From Azolla caroliniana (taxonomy: Eukaryota; Plantae; Polypodiophyta): a DNA stretch of 64,000 bases. Positions 53,001-63,643 of the stretch are shown here, piece by piece. The position numbers and the translations under genes were made by a program. The DNA lies in the NCBI GenBank assembly GCA_043228905.1, contig JBHGNT010000015.1, positions 1,426,001 to 1,490,000 on the forward strand. The letters run 5' to 3'. Under the pieces are notes generated by a model. The model made no database searches, was not told the origin of the DNA, and saw only the letters and a list, made by a program, of their open reading frames with translations. Positions within the stretch are counted from its first letter, which is position 1, and each line of letters opens with the position of its first letter.

Positions 53001-55345
53001 CGCTTTCAGCTTCTTGCCGGATTCCCTTTCCACTCTCGCGTGGAGTTCTTTGAAGACGCACAACACTTGGTCCTTTGTCTTCAACGGTGCCGTCCACAGT
53101 CTTCGGCTGTGATCATCTATGAAAGTTACGAAGTACTGGGCTCCGCCATGTGACTTCGTTTCTACCTGGCACACGTCGGTGTGCACCAACTCCAATGGTG
53201 CGCTACGTCTCGTCGGTGGTCTTGAGTGGAAGGAGGTTCGGTTCTGCTTACCGGCCAGGCAGTCGGTGCACTTCTCCAGGTGCACATGCTTCACCGGAAT
53301 AAGGTTGTCTTCTGCAAGCCTCTTCATCCCCTTCTCACTCATGTGGCACAGTCTTTTGTGCCACAGCTCACCGGCAGTGTCGGCTGCCACATTCAGCTCT
53401 TCCGGACATAACCGGGCATTCATCAGGTACAGTGTGTTGACCTTCCGGGCCCGAGCCACTATCAAGCTCCCCTTGCTGAACTTCATGACACCGTTCCGGA
53501 TGCTACCCGTGTAGCCTTCATCATCTAGCCTCCCGGCCGAAATCAGGTTCAGTCGGACCTCCGGAACGTGTCGGACATCCTTCAGCAGCATTTTGCATCC
53601 GGTCGGGGTTGTCAACCACACGTCTCCTATGCCGGCAATCCGGCACGTACCTTCATTCCCCATCCGAACACAGCCATGCTCGCCGGCTGTGTAGGATGAG
53701 AAGTATCTTCTCTCTGGGGTCAGGTGGAACGATGCTCCGGAATCGACCACCCAGGTCGTCTCATCGCCGGCAATGTTTAGTTCACCTTCTTCGGTGATGA
53801 GCATGATCTCCTCTTCACTTGCCGCGAGTGCCGTCGTTCCTTTCCGGTCCTGTCCTCGCCAATCCGAACCATTCCGGTCCGTGGCTCCCCGGTATGCACC
53901 GTTTCTCTCCGGTGACTTCTTCGAATCGGTGTTGTCGGTTCCATTGTCTTTTCGGTAATGCCGACAATTCTTTCGGAAGTGCCCCGGCTTCCCACAGTGG
54001 AAGCATGTGGGCCTTCCTCTTGACTGCGACCGGGTCCCCGACTTCTCCCGTCTTTGCGGACTCCGGTTCCATTGTCTTCCCCGATCCGATTCGGTAAACA
54101 ACATCTTCGGGTCGGAGGCCGGTTCCTTATCTCTCCGACGCGCTTCTTCATTCAAAATACTTGTCTTTACCGTTTGTAAGGACAAGTTATCTTCGGTGCA
54201 GGAGGTGCTGAGAGTCACCACCAAGTTCTCCCAGCTTTCTGGCAATGTACACATCAGAATGATGGCTTGCATTGCATCCTCCAACGGGAACTTGATCGCC
54301 GCAAGCTGATTCACGAATCCCATGAACGTACTTACGTGTTCCACCATACTCTCGCCATCCCGGTACTTGAGATTCACTATCTTCCTCATCAGGGAGGTTC
54401 GGTTCAACGCATTCTTCCTCTCGTAGAGGCCCGACAGCTTCTTCCACATCTCATATGCGTTGGTGTCGTTCGCCACATGTTGTAGGACGCTTACATCGAC
54501 ATATTGTCGGATCGTCGCTACGGCTTTCCGGTTCAGGAGCTTCCACTCCGACTCAAGTACCCCCTTCGGTATTTCCGACCTGTCAATCGGTTCGTACAGG
54601 TCCCGAACAATCAGAAGATCCTCCATCTTGATCTTCCAGTCGGCGTAATTCTGTGCATTCAGCACCATCATCCCCGGCTGCCCGCTGCCGCCGCCTTCCA
54701 TTTTCTGCAACAGTCGCTCTGATACCAGTTTGTAAGGAATAGGCCCTTCTATTCACCTTCACCGCTCGGCCACAACCGAGTAAGCGCGAATCAATGGAGC
54801 AGAAAATAGGAACCACAAAGAGAAACAAAACGCGAGTACACAGGGATTAACGTGGAAAACCCTAGACGGGAAAAACCAAGGGAGTACAAGACTCCAAACC
54901 AACACTATACAGAGAAGTATACAATGGCGAGCTGCAAGGCGACGACCTTGAGCTCGCTGTCCTCGCCACAGGCGGCGGAAATACACAGAGGCGTCTACCT
55001 CTTCCTCTCTCGCGCTCTATCTCTCTCTCTCTCTCTCTCACGGCTGCTTACACTTCACTCCTCTTGAGTGGAAAAACAGAAAAATGAGAAGCAACAACAA
55101 AACTGTTTGCCCTAAGTCATATTTATACTTATATGACTTTGGGCTATTTACAACTGTAGCCTCAGGGGCCCATAGCGAACATATTCACGGATATGTCCCT
55201 GCATCCGGATCGCTCTCCGGGTACATTCGTCATCCGGTACCGAAACCGGGGTCTTCGTCATCCGGATCCGAAACCGAAACCGGGCTTGTCGGCATTCATC
55301 TCCGATATCCGACCATCCCATCCGAAAGGGACCGAAATCCCAACA
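50003..55345 (-). mobile_element. Ty1/copia element C (Tto1/Tork-like), full length and very young
   Basis: 615-bp LTRs at 50003-50617 and 54731-55345 with 2 substitutions seen; TSD TGAAG; tRNA-iMet PBS at 54727-54716; PPT at 50620-50627. Confidence 0.98.
50628..54701 (-). CDS. Uninterrupted gag-PR-IN-RT-RH polyprotein (1357 aa from the first ATG)
   Basis: CFHCGKPGHFRKNC, VDSGAS, WHKRLCH..CTDC, HTDV, ADNGGEY, YVDD, TDSD/EAEY/CDSQ motifs; the integrase catalytic Glu appears as Lys. Confidence 0.95.
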   Translation of the reverse strand: MEGGGSGQPGMMVLNAQNYADWKIKMEDLLIVRDLYEPIDRSEIPKGVLESEWKLLNRKAVATIRQYVDVSVLQHVANDTNAYEMWKKLSGLYERKNALNRTSLMRKIVNLKYRDGESMVEHVSTFMGFVNQLAAIKFPLEDAMQAIILMCTLPESWENLVVTLSTSCTEDNLSLQTVKTSILNEEARRRDKEPASDPKMLFTESDRGRQWNRSPQRREKSGTRSQSRGRPTCFHCGKPGHFRKNCRHYRKDNGTDNTDSKKSPERNGAYRGATDRNGSDWRGQDRKGTTALAASEEEIMLITEEGELNIAGDETTWVVDSGASFHLTPERRYFSSYTAGEHGCVRMGNEGTCRIAGIGDVWLTTPTGCKMLLKDVRHVPEVRLNLISAGRLDDEGYTGSIRNGVMKFSKGSLIVARARKVNTLYLMNARLCPEELNVAADTAGELWHKRLCHMSEKGMKRLAEDNLIPVKHVHLEKCTDCLAGKQNRTSFHSRPPTRRSAPLELVHTDVCQVETKSHGGAQYFVTFIDDHSRRLWTAPLKTKDQVLCVFKELHARVERESGKKLKAIRADNGGEYRGQFQEYCRSKGIRLEFTVPKTPELNGLAKRMNRTIMERVRSMLAHAELPKGFWAEAMSTATYVINRSPSVPLGGDTPQRVWTGREVSYRHLKVFGCLAYVHVAKDRRGKLDPKTRPCIFLGYGDDEFGYRVWDPVDKKIFRSRDIIFMEDKTLADWESEKKMKSSKSTGEDKLYEEQSRPARDRLALEDPAEDGEETEPAEEDENDTGTGPDPEMDSDEEESEEPVTEAPERRYPLRERRAPRRFPEPEHVLLTDEGEPESFEEAKHDTQSRRWLSAMQDEMDSLHENHTYELVELPKGKRALRNKWVFKLKPGDAGNPPRYKARIVVKGFQQKKGVDFDEIFAPVVKMTSIRTVLSIAASMDLEVEQMDVKTAFLHGDLEEEIYMQQPEGFEKKGKEHLVCRLKKSLYGLKQAPRQWYRKFDSFMTDEGYLKTQSDHCVFVKKFEGGDFLILLLYVDDMLIVGRNQVKIRMLKKALHRTFSMKDLGPARQILGMHIIRDRKKKQLWLSQEKYVTKVLHRFNMSEARPVGSTLPTNCKLSSKQSPKTKAEKEDMMKVPYASAVGSLMYAMVCTRPDIGYAVGVVSRYMSNPGKEHWNAAKWILRYLKGTANVCLRFGSGKPELDGFTDSDMSADADTSRSTSGYVMTYAGGAVSWQSRLQKTVALSTTEAEYMAAVEAGKEIIWMKDFIRELGIQQEEYRLYCDSQSAIHLAKNVAYHSRTKHIQRRYHWIRERIEDKEFVLTKVHTDENGSDMLTKVLTPDKLEACRKRIGLERHPMPK

Positions 55346-55815
55346 TGAAGGGCTATTGTGGATTTGGCCCCGTTCATGGTGCTAACTCACAATGTTGTCG
55401 TTAGTCAATCTCTCTCATTCACTTAACTTAGTTGCATAATAAGATTAATAGAACGAAAACTAATCATTTACCACTTCAACAAAGTAAGTTTAGGAACAAA
55501 ATATTTATTTTGATTACAATAAGAAAACCTTATAAAATAGGATAAATTTATGGCAAGATTGCAAGAGGGAGAGGAAATAAACAAGGAGGAAGGTCTCCAA
55601 GTTTGGTGGTTTGAGCTCTTGATGGATGGCAACACACCTTTTGTCGATGTAGCTTTATATTATTCTCACTTTCAAGCTTCTCTTACTAGGAGGAGATGAA
55701 GATTAAGAGAAGTGGCCTATAATCCACCTCACACATGTCAAAATTATTGAGAATTGATTAGATAGATAGGTAGATTCTTGTAATGAATCGGGTGTGATTC
55801 TATGCAACAGAAGAG

Positions 55816-55817
<2 letters not shown>

Positions 55818-55874
<57 letters not shown>
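55818..55874. repeat. (TG)n microsatellite in the copia B LTR; continues as (GA)n after 60835
   Basis: Seen directly; gypsy 3 sits at the TG/GA junction. Confidence 0.95.
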
Positions 55875-55876
<2 letters not shown>

Positions 55877-58800
55877 TGTCAGGAATAGTACTAAAGCAGA
55901 GATGGAATTAGTACTAATAAGAGAACTACTATTAGTACTAAGAAGACGGGACTGTGTGAGATTCCCGAGAGAGGAAGTGAGAAGAGGAGAGAGATAGCGA
56001 GGATGAGAGAGAGAGAAAGATGATGACAGCAGCTAATATATTATGTGAAAAGATAAGTACAAAGCGGCTAAGAGGCTTAAGACTAGCATTGAACCAATTT
56101 GGTGCAACATAATGTCTAGTGCCTTCTTTTATAGTGTTGTCAGGAGTAATCCTGAAACTTCTAGAATGTTCTAGAGAAATCTGGAATATACATTACTTTC
56201 TTATAATAAAATATAAATGAAAATAATATCCTATGAATTACAATAGATGGTGTGATGGTTAAGAGCTCGACCCATATACCATAAAGTCATGGGTTCAAGT
56301 CTTGCCATATCATGACACTATCTCCCCCGTAAAGACGACGAGTGGAACGAGTTGGTGCTGATTGCGGACCGGGTTTGTCCAAATACTTTCGGTGGAAATC
56401 AGCAAGCAAATCCTGAGCATTGACAACATGCTCGACGGGTTCCCAAGTGCGTTCGCTCGGATTATAACCAAGCCAATCGACCAAATAATAAAGTTTGTTG
56501 CGAATAAGTTTGGAATCGAGGGTGGCAGTAACTTCATACTCCGAGCCGGCGTCCAACTCGAGCGGGGGCGGCGGTGGTGTAACACGATCGGGAATGGTGT
56601 TGGCTTTATAAGGTTCAAGAAGAGAACAATGGAAAACTGGATGTATCTGAAGCTGCGGAGGGAGATCAAGGCGGAATGTGACATCATTCACCTTACCCAT
56701 AATACGGAAAGGACCGAGTCGTCGATAATCCAACTTGTCGCACGGTCGAGTAGTCTTGATGTGACGACGTAAGAACCATACTCGATCTCCGATGGCAAAA
56801 GAGGAGGGAAGCCGATGACGATCCGTGTAAGTCTTCTGTGTCTGTTGAGCATGACGAAGATGAGTCGAGAGATTTGTCTGGATCTTGCGTAGTCTCTCCA
56901 ATTGATCCCCGGCACGAGGATTGGTAGGTAGTTCCGGGGTGTCGATCACCGACCAACGAGGATGAGAACCGGTATAAGCGTAGAATGGGGAGACTCGAAT
57001 CGAGGAGTGAACAGCATTATTATACGCAACTCTGCAAAGTGGAGAATCTCGGCCCAATCGTCCTACTGATAACTCAGGAAACACCGGAGATATTGCTCCA
57101 GCGTTTGGTTTGTTCGTTCCGCCTGCCCACCGGTCTGAGGATGGTAGCCGGAGGAGAGGTTGCAAGAGATCTTGAGCATCTTGAAGAGATGCTGCCAAAA
57201 TTTGGAGACAAATTGCGGTCCTCGGTCACTGATGATACTGTCTGGGAGGCCATGATGCCGAAATACCTCACGCATGACTAGGGCGGCGGTTTCCTCGCTA
57301 GTGATGGCCTTAGTACACGGAACGAAATGTGCCATCTTCGTATATCGATCGACAACGGTTAAGATAGCATCGAACCCCTGCGAGACCGGCAGATCTGTGA
57401 TAAAATCAAGACAAATAGACTGCCATGGCTTACTTGGAACGGTAAGGGTTCCAACAAGCCATATGGATGGTGTCGTGGCATCTTTGCTCAGCAGCAAGCA
57501 TCACAGGTCCAAACGTAGTCGTCAACAAAACGGCGCATGTGGGGCGACCAAAAAGATCGTTTCACTAGCTCCAACGTCTTAGTACTACCGAAATGTCCCA
57601 TTGTATGGGTGTCATGACAATGCTGGACGATTTGAAGGCGACAGGAGCAATCGGGGACATATACGCGCTTTTTAAAGAATAACAAACCATTATGATATTC
57701 GAATTGTCGGTAGTCAATACCTGGTTGTTGAGACTGAGAACAGGATGCCCGAGAAGTATCAATGTGCGCCAGGATGTCTTGACCAAAGCTATCTGTCTTC
57801 AAGTTTGCACGTATGTAATCGGTAATCCGTGAATCCATCGGGGTGTAAAAAATCTGTGTCGTGTGCAATCGTGTTGGTCCCAAGATTACTTGCTTTTGAT
57901 TATCAAATGTTGGATCACCAGGACGAGGTGCAAGATACGAACGTTGTGATAGTGCATCTGCTTTTCCTTGTTGCTTCCCCGGTCGATATGTGATTTTGAA
58001 GTCGAAATGCGTGAGGAATTGCGCCCACAGAGCTTGCCGTCGATTTAGTACGCGAGTGTTCTGGAAATAAGCAAGATTTTTATGATCACTAAAGACAATG
58101 ACCTGATGTGGAGAGCCCTCTAAGAAATGCCGCCATTGCACAAATGAATCCACGATGGCTAATAACTCCTTGTCATGTATTTCGTAGTTGATTTCCGCGA
58201 CATCGAATTTGCGCGAATGGAAAGCCACCGGATGCAACTCTTCTTTATCTCCTTGTTGAGAAAGGATGCTACCGAGAGCGAAATCTGAAGCGTCGGCCTC
58301 CATGATGAATGGTTTGTTGGTATCCACATGAGCTAGAATCGGTGCTGATGTAAAGGCTTTCTTAAGATGCCGAAAAGCCATATCTGCTTCAATGGACCAA
58401 AGATGAACCCGCTTGCCAAGTTCTCCTCTATGTAGGCTCGAAGGACTTCTAACTCGGTGGGTGACAAGTTGTAAATTGGTCCCCATGGTGGCTCAGTTCC
58501 TGGTTGTAAATCGATGGGACAGTCATAGGGACGGTGATGAGGAAGGGTACCGGCTTTTACCTTGTCAAATACATCGGCATAAGGATGATATTTTGCCAGA
58601 AGTTGTACTGAGGAGTCCTTCTTAATAGTGCTGGAAGGATGTAATGATATTGCAAATAGGAACATTGTCTCCTTGTGTCCTTCGCGTAATTGATGGAGTG
58701 AAATGGTCAAAATTCAATGAGTAGATTCTTGGGGTGGTCGATATCGGACTTCTCTTGTTCTCCAATCTATGGTTGGATTATGTAATTCAAACCAAGGTAA

Positions 58801-59144
58801 TCCTAGGACAATGGGATGCTCTGGACTACTAATTATATTAAATGATATTACACACACAAAACTACCTAGGACAACTTGAATGGGTTCTGATTCTTCTACA
58901 ATATTCCCGGAAGCAATGGGACGACCATCAATGACTACTATAGATGCGGGACAAGGAAGTTTTCTTAAGGATATTTGAGAAGCTTGGGCAAAATTTCGAT
59001 CCATGAAACAGGAATTAGCTTCGGAATCTAAAAGTGCTAGGAGGGGTACTGGAGGAGTACTTTTAGTACTAACAATGACTTGGGCTAGGAACACATTGCT
59101 AACTTGCTTAGAAGGAATGAAACCACTAATAGGCTGTACAGATC

Positions 59145-59199
59145 TAGGGCTGCTGTCCAACCAAACGGCTCCTATTTTGGCTAGACTCAATCGTTTAAC
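59145..59199 (-). promoter_or_regulatory. Putative -1 ribosomal frameshift signal (G UUA AAC plus pseudoknot) between gag and pol
   Basis: Slippery heptamer 59199-59193, 6-nt spacer, 11-bp stem GTCTAGCCAAA / TTTGGTTGGAC; pol opens in the -1 frame. Confidence 0.75.
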
Positions 59200-60378
59200 T
59201 CTTCATCTAATTGACTAAGGACTTCAAATTTATTTGAGATACTTGGGCTATTAGTACTATGAATACTATCTGACACCCTATTAGTACTATTAATACTATC
59301 AGACACTCCGAAGGGAATAATTGACTCGAGTTTAGTACAGGCGACGATTTGATTTACCTGTCTTCTTGGCCTATGGGGACAATTGATGGCGATATGCCCT
59401 GGTCCTCCGCAATAAAGACATAATCGATTGGCACGTCGTCGTTGCTTTTCTTCTTCCGATAACGGGTCGCGTCGACGCATGGTGTCGATCTCCATCGGTG
59501 TCGAAATATTGGCTTGAGGTACATCGCGTGCAAATGGTTTAGCCGTGACTGAGGTGTATGTGGGTTCCGGCTGAGAGCGTGGTATTTGTAACTGACGTTC
59601 CGAACGTCGTTCGAAAAGGCGGTTGTCGCATCGGACCGCTCGACTGATTGCCTCCGTAAGAGACTTTGGTTCCTCGGGGAAGGTTAAAAGCAAGTCTTTG
59701 ACATCGTTGCGCAAGCCATAGCGAAACTGCTCCATAAGAGCCTGATCATCCCAGGGGATATCTGAGGCGAGTAGACAGAAATCTGCCACGTAGGCCGAGG
59801 CTGGACGATCGCCTTGATGCAATCTTCAAATCTTGTTGATCGTCATCCTGATGCTGTCGGTATCTCCAAAGCAGGCTTTAAACTCACCAATAAAATCTTC
59901 AAAGTTATTAAGCAAGGGTGATTGTTTTTCTAGAAGTGGAGCAAACCATGCCAAGGTTGAGCCCGCTAAGTAACGTGCCTATTAGGCCGACTCGAGATGC
60001 ATCAGTGGGATATCGGGAAGGATGCATCTGGATGACTAAGCGTACCTGATTAAGGAATCCCCGGAATTGCGATCGTGTTCCATCAAATTTCACAGGAAGT
60101 CCAATCTTGGGCTCTTTATGAAATCCTTGGGGACTTGATCCTTGTTGTTGCAACGCTGCTTCGAGTTGTTGTACCCGTAACGCTAACTCCCCATGTTGTT
60201 GTTGCGTTTGTTGTTTTTCGAGAGCGATTTGTTGCAGATCCCCTATCAACCGTTGGTTTTCTTGTTCCAGGGCAACAAACTTTTCTTTTAGGCACTGTAA
60301 CTCAGAGAAAATGGATTGATATTCTTGGGCACTAACAGTAGCCATAGTATAGGGAAAAGGGTAGGAGGAAAGGAAGAA

Positions 60379-60390
60379 AAATTGGTTCAA
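60379..60390 (-). promoter_or_regulatory. Self-priming PBS (non-tRNA) of gypsy 3
   Basis: TTGAACCAATTT, 2 nt after the 5' LTR, is complementary to AAATTGGTTCAA (60618-60607), which starts 33 nt from the first base of a TATAAAA box (60651-60645). Confidence 0.8.
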
Positions 60391-60758
60391 ACTGTCAGGA
60401 ATAGTACTAAAGCAGAGATGGAATTAGTACTAATAAGAGAACTACTATTAGTACTAAGAAGACGGGACTGTGTGAGATTCCCGAGAGAGGAAGTGAGAAG
60501 AGGAGAGAGAGATAGTGAGGATGAGAGAGAGAGAAAGATGATGGCAGCAACTAATATATTATGTGAAAAGATAAGTACAAAGCGGCTAAGAGGCTTAAGA
60601 CTGGCATTGAACCAATTTGGTTCAACATAATGTCTAGTGCCTTCTTTTATAGTGTTGTCAGGAGTAATCCTGAAACTTCTAGAATGTTCCAGAGAAATCT
60701 GGAATATACATTACTTTCTTATAATAAAACATAAATGAAAATAATATCCTATGAATTA

Positions 60759-60835
60759 CAATAGATGGTGTGATGGTTAAGAGCTCGACCCATATACCAT
60801 AAGGTCATGGGTTCGAGTCTTGCCATATCGTGACA
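60759..60835 (+). promoter_or_regulatory. tRNA-like Pol III A-box/B-box cassette at the U3 end of the gypsy 3 LTR (second copy 56241-56317)
   Basis: TGGTGTGATGGTTAA (60766) ... GGTC ... GGGTTCGAGTC (GTTC at 60811); the 45-nt spacing equals tRNA positions 8 to 53. Confidence 0.65.
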
Positions 60836-62991
60836 GTGAGAGAGAGAGAGACAAGTATACAGAAAACTATAAAATTGTATTAACAAGATAATAAAACAAC
60901 CAACCAACTACAAAGAAGAGGAGAAGGTGCTTATGTAGTCACATTCTCTCTATGTTCTCTAACTACAACCACCTCTTGGGAAGGAGGTGGAGACTTAACT
61001 ACCTAGTAACTATGTGTCATAGGACGTACCTTCTATGACACATTAGTTATGATACAAAGTGGTGGGATGTTCATACACTTGGCCATTCCTAAGATGTCTT
61101 CACACACTAGGGAAGTTGAGTTTGATTCTCAACAAGCCCCTTCAAACACAACTTCCGGTCGCCGAAGAGTTGGCTTGGAGGTTGGTGTCCGGGTCGGCTT
61201 CGGTAATCGGCTCCGGTTTTGGCTATGGATGGCCGGCTCACTCTTGTGCTCCGTTCAACTTCATGTTGGGCCGCGGCTCCTTACTCCCCCTCAAGCTCGG
61301 TTGGTTGGTGGTCGAGACACCTAGGCTTGTCGAGAACTGCCGCAACTTGTCCGTTACCAGGGCCTTCGTGAAGATGTCGACCATTTGCAGGTTGGTGTTG
61401 ATATGTTGCAGGTCAACATCTCTGGCCAGGACACGTTCTTGGATGAAATGATAGTGTACCTTGATGTGTTTAGTCTAAGCATGGAAAATCGGGTTCCGAA
61501 CTAGGTGAATACTGTGCATGTTGTCAGAGTATAAGAGGATTGGGTCTTTGATGGAAATGTCCAAATCCTTGAGAATCCTCTTGAGCCATATGGCTTCGCA
61601 TGTTGCCACTGTTGTGCCCTTGTATTCCGCCTCTGTGCTCCACAGTGCGATTGTCAGCTACTTTTTGTTGCTCCAAGTGATAGCTCCGCTATCGAGGGAG
61701 AAGACGGAATTATCCCGATGTCGATCGTTTGTCGGCCTTGTAGCTAACCCAATCAGCATCTATGTACCCTTCGAGACAAATCTATGTAGCTAACTTGTAG
61801 AGAATGTCATAGTCCATCGTTCCACTCACATATCGTAACACTCGCTTAGCACAATCTAAATGTGTATCACATGGAGTTCACATGAATTGGCTAAGGAGGC
61901 CAACCGGATAGCTGAGGTCAAGTCGAGTGATAGTGAGGTAGATAAGACTTCTGACAAGTTGTCGATAGTATGTCAGCTCACAAAGTTGGCATCTAGTTTG
62001 AGGTTTCGGTCAAGAGGGGAAGAGATAGGGTTACACTCTGTCATCCCAAACTTGAAAAGCAAATTGAGGATATAGTGTCGTTGGGAGATCATGATGCCAT
62101 ATGGAGTCCGAATTACTTCTATCCCTAAAAAGTAATGAAGCTCCCTTATATCTTTCATTTCGAATTGGCCAGATAGAAGCTTCTTGATATGATTGATATC
62201 TACTATGTGCTCTCCTCCAATGACCAAGTCGTCCACATCTATTATGATAAACAATTGTCCTCTGGAGTCGCTCCGGAAGAACAGGGAATTGTCGGACTTG
62301 GACATTCTGAAGCCAATTTGGTGAAGATACTAAGTTATCTTTGAACGCCATGCTTTAGGTGCTTGCTTGAGGCCGTGGAGAGGCTTTTTAATTCGGCATA
62401 CGGCAATCGGATGCATAATCGACTTGAAGTCAGGAGGTTGTACCATCTATACCTCCTCATCTAATTTGCCTAGAAGAAAGATGTTCTTTACGTCCATTTG
62501 GTGGAGGTGCCACCCTTTTTCTTTTACAAGCGCGATCACAGTTTGGATGGCAGTCATCTTTGCCATTGGGCAAAGGTCTATTCACAATTGACCCCGTGTG
62601 TTTGCGCATACCCTTTTGGCACTAGTCGGGCCTTATACCGATTGACGGTGTCGTCGGTGTTGTGTTTCACCTTGTATATCTACAAGCATCCAATTGTTTT
62701 ATGGTAGGGTGAAGAGGGGACAAGATCCCATGTCTCGTTCTTGGAGAGTGCTTGCATCCCCTCATTCTTCAATTCGACCCATCATGGGTCCTTAGCGGCT
62801 TCGGAAAAGTTTTCCGGTTCTTTAACTAACGCCACCTTCATCATAAAGGCATAATGATATGCTATGTAGTCATTGTAGCCGAACTGGCTTACTACATTCT
62901 TTTCACAGGTGGAGCGTCGGAGTTTCTCATTTGCTATTGTGACTACTTTCTTGGCTCCGGGTGTCTTCATGATAGGTAACACCTAGTCCAC

Positions 62992-63643
62992 ATGTCGCGT
63001 TGTTACGCGCGTGCGTGGAGAAACGAGGCGGGACCACCGGGGTCTTGAACCGAAGAGCAGGTGATAGGAGGGGGGAAAGAGAAAGAGAAAGACGACCGGT
63101 AACGTACGAGCAAAGAAACACAGGGACACGGCCCGTCAACGTAGAAAACACGAATGGACACAGAGACGGAGAGACACGAATGTTTGTATATTAACAAATG
63201 ACACAAAACAACAGAGCACACGAGCGGTTACAACCGACCAAGCCGGCGAACAAATGTTGATGCCTGTTCGTCTGCGCACGAAAGGGGATAGGATGGAGGT
63301 GCTGCCGGAAGCACACGGGCGTTCCTCGAAGCAGCGCGAGCCTCCCTAAATCCTGCAGAGAAGAGCGATGGAGAATGAACAGAGGAGAAGCGTTCGGTTA
63401 CGGTTCGACAGCACTTCGTCCTCCTCAATGCGCGATCCCCTTCTCCCCTGCGTCTCCCTCTTCTTTATAGCGTCCAGAAGGGAGCCGTCTCCCTCATTTA
63501 CTTCCTACCTACCGAATCTAACTACCCAGGATATACCTATGTACCTAATCCCCTATTATATACATTAAGGGTGCGCACGCGCGAAGAGCCGGTTCACGCG
63601 CGCTATGCATCGATTGCGCTAAGGGACGGTTTTCTTCACGTCA
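62992..63643 (-). mobile_element. 652-bp CpG-rich solo-LTR-like insert flanked by a 178-bp direct duplication of copia B
   Basis: 62814-62991 matches 63644-63821 (2 substitutions); the insert has TG near its start, ends in CA and carries a minus-strand TATAAA at 63468-63463. Confidence 0.7.

Larger units (their letters stand above)
55877..60835 (-). mobile_element. Ty3/gypsy chromovirus 3 (Tcn1-like), RT core deleted
   Basis: LTRs 55877-56317 and 60393-60835 (about 10 substitutions plus a 2-bp indel); TSD GTGAG. gag (PVKFDG, CLYCGGPGHIAINC), protease (LLDSEA), RNase H (ADASD), integrase (SDRG, QAER), group I chromodomain; PPT GGGGGAGA. Confidence 0.95.

Noticed and set aside
50784-54828. Many overlapping 60-170 aa ORFs
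   Set aside because: Shadow frames of the GC-rich copia polyprotein.
50003-55345. Horizontal transfer or contamination suggested by high GC/CpG
   Set aside because: Perfect TSD, plant Tto1-like protein and a related older solo LTR in the window; youth explains CpG retention.
60759-60835. Genuine tRNA gene
   Set aside because: Acceptor and anticodon stems do not pair, no oligo-T terminator follows, and it is part of both LTRs.
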